Of a stretch of 64,000 nucleotides of DNA, positions 59,161-64,000 are shown piece after piece. Under the pieces are notes generated by a model that saw only the letters and a list, made by a program, of their open reading frames with translations, ran no database searches and was not told where the DNA came from. The DNA lies in contig AP026176.1 of NCBI GenBank assembly GCA_030295235.1, positions 186,001 through 250,000 on the forward strand, given 5' to 3'. The DNA comes from Fistulifera solaris (lineage: Eukaryota). The translations under genes were made by a program, and so were the position numbers. The first letter of the stretch is position 1. Each line of letters opens with the position of its first letter.

Positions 59161-59944
59161 TTATGAGCCCACAAAAACCTCATCTAGGATATTGAAAACC
59201 CGCCAAGCGCGAACTAATTCAGAAACACATGCTTCAGGACTCCTTACAAGTATTCCCAACACCTACATCTTAGCATTGGCGTCCCATAAAGAAACGGGTT
59301 GAATCCACATGATTTCTCTTTTCTCCGGCATCTTTGCCTCCTTGTAGACTAGGTCTATGACACTGCAATTCCAATTTCATCGATGCCCGCTTTTCGCGGC
59401 TCCGAGAGATTATTCCGCGCGAAAAAGATGGAAAACTCGAACACATCGTCCTGCACGGAAGAGTTTTGATCTCCAACTTTCAACCCACAATGAGTCTATA
59501 AAATTCAAAAAGTACAGAGTTTCGCTTTACTCCTGGTTGACAATAATTTCCGCGGAATGGGGTTCAGCTAGAAAAAATACAGCCGTATTTTTTCTAGGGT
59601 CAGTCAAGAACGTATGCCAGAAATAATGTTAGTGCGGCTCACTCGACTTAAGACTCTAACCGTTTACACTTTACACCAAAGTATACACGGACTCGAGACT
59701 CGAAGCGCCAGAGTGATTTAGTGGCGCTAAGACATGATACACGATATTGATTTATCTCTTCAACCAAGACACTGAAAACGACAAACGACCCACAATGACT
59801 TTTTGGAGCCACCGCAAGATCCAGGGGTCATTATTTCATTCTTTCTCATCGCATTATCAACAAAAGCATCACCTTTGCTGATAATTACCTTAAAACTACA
59901 TCCTTTCTACTCGAAAAGACTTCATAAGTCGCATTCTCTCAAAA

Positions 59945-61079
59945 ATGGAATTAAAGGCCATCGATGACGAATTGAAAAAGGTCGAACAAGAGATCGGCAC
60001 GTTGGAGGGTTCGTTGGCCGGCGCGCAACAACGTCGTCAACAGTTGGAACAAAAGCGAAAGGAAGCAGCCCAGAAACAACGTGAAATTGAAGCGTACGAA
60101 GCCAAAATTGCGGCGATCAAACGGCAAATTGCGGAAACCGAAGCCGCCAAGGCTGTGGCCGCGCAGGAAGCGAAACACTCGTACGACGAAGAAGAAGAAT
60201 ACGAAGAGATTGAGGAGTATGAGGAGATTGAAGAATATGAAGAAGAAGAGGAAGAAGAAGAGGAAGAAGAAATATACGAAGAGATTGAAGAGGAAGACAT
60301 GGGCGAAGGTCCCATTCACGGTGGCTCGACGTCGGCGGCGCTGCACGCGACGTTGCAGACCAACCCGTCGCAATTCGACTATTCCGCCGCGCGACAAGAA
60401 CAGCTCGATGCCCTCAAGAAACAGAATCAGTGGTCACGACCGGAATATGCGCAACCCACGCATGCCACACAGACGTACGAGAATCACAAAACACCGGGAC
60501 ACACCTTTCTCACCGATCAGCGCGCCCAGCTGCAACAAAAGTACCAATTCGAAAAGCCCGCCTGGGCGTCGCACAACAGCGCCGATACCGCGGTGGCAAT
60601 TGACAATACTCCCATTCAAAATCCGCTCCTCAAAACCAACAACGCGAGTGGCTACACGCGTCAAGTATTCGAGAAAGACAACCTTCATCGCTCGGAAGGA
60701 AAATTTGTGGCGCCTCGTGAAAAAGTTCCACCTCGATTGGCATGGATTGTGGTGGATATTAATAAGAAAAAGGCGGGAAAGATTGTATTGCACTTGCACG
60801 GACTGGGTACCGATCAAGTCGTCGAAAACTTCCCGAATCTGGTGGGTATGACACTCGAGCGACAGGGCAACACCAAACCCATCTTTGTTGGAAGAAATGA
60901 CGGACCCAAAATTCTATATCACGACCAATTCCAAGATCAAAGATATTGATGGTCGCAAAGATGTGTACGGACTTGTGCAAGAGGGCAAGGAAGTCATTGC
61001 GGCAATCAAGAATGCGGATGAGCATGCGGGTATTACCATTCGACAATCCCACGTCTTTCCGGTCAAGAAAGCCAAGTAA
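59945..61079 (+). CDS. Coiled-coil/acidic protein with a degenerate cyclophilin-like C-terminal domain
   Basis: Coiled coil, EEYEEI repeats, WSRPEYA/FEKPAWA repeats, then IVVDINKKKAGKIVLHL...VVENF and, after a frameshift at ~60890, KFYITT...DGRKDVYGLVQEGKEVIAAI. Confidence 0.75.
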
Positions 61080-61152
61080 AAAACTGTAGCAAAAAGTTCA
61101 AAGAAGTCGTCGATTAAAGAGGTTAATAAAACGATTTAGTCCCATATTGGAT

Positions 61153-61950
61153 CTATAAAGATGTTGTTGATGATGATTCGGGCGCAAACGTCGGCCGGAA
61201 TACGCGACGCAGCAAGGGCCGCAAAATGTAAGCGGTCAGTCCCCACACATCCCCGTGGGGTGTCGGATACACGGGGGCATTCACCAATCGAAATGGATTG
61301 TCGGGCAATTGTCGCGTCGTTTCCTTGTCAATTAAATTTCGTATCGATACGGCCAAAACCGTGTCGACTTCCGAAGGATCGCCCGGAAAATAATCGTTCA
61401 ATGGTAACGTTAACTCCGGTCGTTCTAGCAGGGCAATCACCGGCGTGACGGGGGTGCCGCGCAGGGATGGTAAGGGTGTACATTCTCCCAAAAATTGGAC
61501 ACAGGAACGAAAGGAAGGAGAGAACAGATGGGGGTTGGGGAGTAACTCTTCCTGAGCTTCTCGAAGAGCGGTGTCAATCAAGGACTGATCGTATAATTCG
61601 TCATAATGACCTCCCACAAAGGCCATTTCGGCGGCGTGATTCGTTAAATGTGCCGCACGTTTCGTCAATAAAATCGAAGGTTCGTCGTCAACACTACACA
61701 ACAACACCAACACCGCCGCGCGTCGTCGATCGTCGGGAATTTTGACATCTTTCGTTCTCGCTTTCATTTCATCGTGCTGTTTGGCGGTAAGCAACGGTAT
61801 TATACCATCGCTATCTTTTAATTGATCTAATAATTCCGATAATCGGGGATAAAATTTCTGCAACGACGTTGAAGCTGTGGAATGGTGACGAGCCAACGAT
61901 GATTTGCGGATCGTCAATGATGCGGAAAAGAGCGATACAAGCGAACGCAT
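61153..61950 (-). CDS. Nudix hydrolase, CoA pyrophosphatase type (NUDT7/NUDT8-like)
   Basis: AAVLVLL, LLTKRA.HL..HA.EMAFVGG, TALREAQEEL, PSEV, VWGLTA. Confidence 0.9.
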   Translation of the reverse strand: MRSLVSLFSASLTIRKSSLARHHSTASTSLQKFYPRLSELLDQLKDSDGIIPLLTAKQHDEMKARTKDVKIPDDRRRAAVLVLLCSVDDEPSILLTKRAAHLTNHAAEMAFVGGHYDELYDQSLIDTALREAQEELLPNPHLFSPSFRSCVQFLGECTPLPSLRGTPVTPVIALLERPELTLPLNDYFPGDPSEVDTVLAVSIRNLIDKETTRQLPDNPFRLVNAPVYPTPHGDVWGLTAYILRPLLRRVFRPTFAPESSSTTSL

Positions 61951-62443
61951 TTGTGTCTTGCTTTTTTAGAGGCGATTGTTCAGCAATTTGCGCACACTTT
62001 GGTTTTCCAATCGATCAGAAGAATTGATAAAGGGGGGATATTTTGATTATGTGCGATGCTGCGATGCGCAAAAATGCAATGAAATAATAATAATAGTCAA
62101 AGCGAGACTGATCAATCACGGATCTACTCGTTTTGCTTATACTAAAACGGTACTCGTTCTCTACACTTTGATCTATACAGTGGACTGACACCTCATGACA
62201 TCACACCAACACGCACTTTGGACCTCATTCTCGTTTCTTCTCGCAAAATAATGCCACCGTCGCGTTTACTCGCGTCCTCCAATCCACACAACTAACTTAT
62301 TTATTATTACCTTTTGACAGCTCTTTACCCTCCGAATCTTGTATATTTTTTTTAATCAATAGAGAGTACGGCTTACAGGAAACCGTTACGACCCGATTGA
62401 ATGTGGATACTGGTAGGCTGAAGCGATTGACAAAATAACAGTT

Positions 62444-64000
62444 ATGTGGAGATTCATCCTTCGTCATCGTCCTGCCCGTCAGACCCGTTCCTTTTCACAA
62501 CAATTACTTGTAGGGAGAATATCCTCTCGAATCGATTATGCGACTCCCGCATTTGCTGGATTGGTTTCCTGCATCATCGCTTGGGAGTTGTATCACCGCG
62601 ATGAGTCCTCCGTTTGTGAAGGACGATTGCTACCCCACGTGCCACAATTGCCCACCAATCCTCGCAAAGAAACACTGCGGTTGTTACAAGAGATGTCGGA
62701 TCAGGCGGAATTATCGACACGATATCAAGTGGATTGGGATGAAGGTCCCCTCGGGGTCGGTGCCTTTGGAACCGTGTATTGGGGAGTCGACAAGAAATCG
62801 GGAGAACCCGTCGCTCTCAAAAAGATACCCAAGGAATTGACCGACGAAGAAGCCTTTTTACGAGAAATGACGGCGCTCATGCAAATTCAAAAAGCGGGCG
62901 GTCATCCGTATATTTGTTCTCTGCGAGATTGTTACGCGGACGATCAGCATTATTATCTCATATTTGATTTAGTGAGTGGTGGCGAAATGTTTGATCATTT
63001 GGTCGATCAAGGATCGTACTCGGAACGCGATGCCGCGCGATTGGTGCGTGAAGTCGCGTCGGCGTTGGCGTTTTTGCATGGATTGGGGACGACGCATGGT
63101 GATTTGAAGCCGGAAAATCTCATGCTCAGTACGAAGAATCCCAGTGATGCCTGTATCAAATTGGTTGATTTCGGTTGTGCACTGGTGGAAGATGAAGATA
63201 ACGGCAAGGCGGTAGAGGAAGATGAGAATGCGGTTGCGGCCTTCACGGTCGCGTATTGTCCGCCGGAAATTTTACGAGCCGAAGATCCCACGATGAGTCC
63301 GGCCATGGATATGTGGGCACTAGGCGTTATATTGTATATCATGCTCACTGGAATACATCCTTTTGATCTACGGGGCGATTCTTCTGATGAAGAAATCGAA
63401 AAAACTATATTATCCGGCAAGAAACCGCCTCTTAGGAATTCGAGCATCGCATATCACCTTTCGGATTCAGCTATTGATATTATCGAAAAGCTCATTGAGC
63501 CGGATCCCAGCAAGCGACTCACCGCGGATGAAATGCTAGAGCATCCATGGGTCAACGGAACGACAGCTAGCAGCGATGCGATGACGGGAGCTTCAAAGAA
63601 ACTCTCTATGTTTCGTGCTTATCGAACCAAAATGTCAGCGAAAGTGTTTGCGAACATTGTTTCGTGGTCGGACGATGAAGGGGCCGATGATGTGTCAAAG
63701 CGTGTTTCATTGATTGAACGATCCTTTCGCGCATTTGATTCGAAGCAAAGAGGATATTTGACCAGAGAATCAGTGGAAGAACTACTACCTGATACGGAAA
63801 AGCCAAGGAAGAGTTCGTTTAGTTTGTTCGGCAAAAACGATCCTGCCAAGTTATCATTATCGGGTTTCTCGGATTTGCTAGCCGAGAACATGCAGAATAA
63901 GTATTTTCCCAAGAACCACATAGTCTACAAGGAGGGAAGTATAGGAAATCACATGTATTTTATCAACTCCGGAACAGTGCTGATCGAAACAGAAAGTGGC
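62444..64000 (+). CDS. CaMK/CDPK-like Ser/Thr kinase with an EF-hand-like segment and cNMP-binding domain (3' partial)
   Basis: Open frame from ATG 62444 to the window end, absent from the ORF track: LGVGAFGTV, VALKK, GGEMFD, HGDLKPEN, DFG, DMWALG, FRAFDSKQRGYLT, YKEGSIGNHMYFINSG. Confidence 0.9.
   Translation, partial: MWRFILRHRPARQTRSFSQQLLVGRISSRIDYATPAFAGLVSCIIAWELYHRDESSVCEGRLLPHVPQLPTNPRKETLRLLQEMSDQAELSTRYQVDWDEGPLGVGAFGTVYWGVDKKSGEPVALKKIPKELTDEEAFLREMTALMQIQKAGGHPYICSLRDCYADDQHYYLIFDLVSGGEMFDHLVDQGSYSERDAARLVREVASALAFLHGLGTTHGDLKPENLMLSTKNPSDACIKLVDFGCALVEDEDNGKAVEEDENAVAAFTVAYCPPEILRAEDPTMSPAMDMWALGVILYIMLTGIHPFDLRGDSSDEEIEKTILSGKKPPLRNSSIAYHLSDSAIDIIEKLIEPDPSKRLTADEMLEHPWVNGTTASSDAMTGASKKLSMFRAYRTKMSAKVFANIVSWSDDEGADDVSKRVSLIERSFRAFDSKQRGYLTRESVEELLPDTEKPRKSSFSLFGKNDPAKLSLSGFSDLLAENMQNKYFPKNHIVYKEGSIGNHMYFINSGTVLIETESG

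Noticed and set aside
55750..59900. Gene-free, AT-richer 4-kb region as a centromere
   Set aside because: By eye the GC is only patchily lower than other intergenic DNA, and the TIR element explains much of the region. It would need a GC scan and CENH3 ChIP.
7770..61079. More than a dozen frameshifted genes as pseudogenes
   Set aside because: Breaks are mostly single-base indels in homopolymer runs with conserved coding on both sides and no nonsense decay. This fits long-read consensus error.

Overview
Gene-dense eukaryotic nuclear DNA, almost certainly from a diatom. Evidence: short GT-AG introns, bipartite ASAFAP-type plastid presequences, RXL motifs in secreted proteins and diatom-type gene families. 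A raphid pennate such as Fistulifera is my inference only. About 33 protein genes, with several local paralog arrays: a cluster of secreted, probably GPI-anchored RXL proteins including a 14-Cys domain family, three carbonyl-reductase SDRs, three CRAL-TRIO-like/Cys-His domain fusions, two dual HMG-box genes and three RNI/LRR-like genes. Many genes carry single-base indels in homopolymer runs, which look like long-read assembly errors rather than pseudogenes. The main hidden feature, missed by the ORF track, is a selenoprotein M-type gene (CGGU, in-frame TGA at 25492). Its 3' UTR has no canonical SECIS that I can find but carries two copies of a short hairpin with a GGAA-GGAC/UGAU core, a candidate non-canonical SECIS. 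Also present: a 306-bp hAT-type MITE with an 8-bp TSD, a ~2.35-kb TIR element, a related 87-bp mini-element, and an apparent excess of 7-bp tandem duplications in intergenic DNA.
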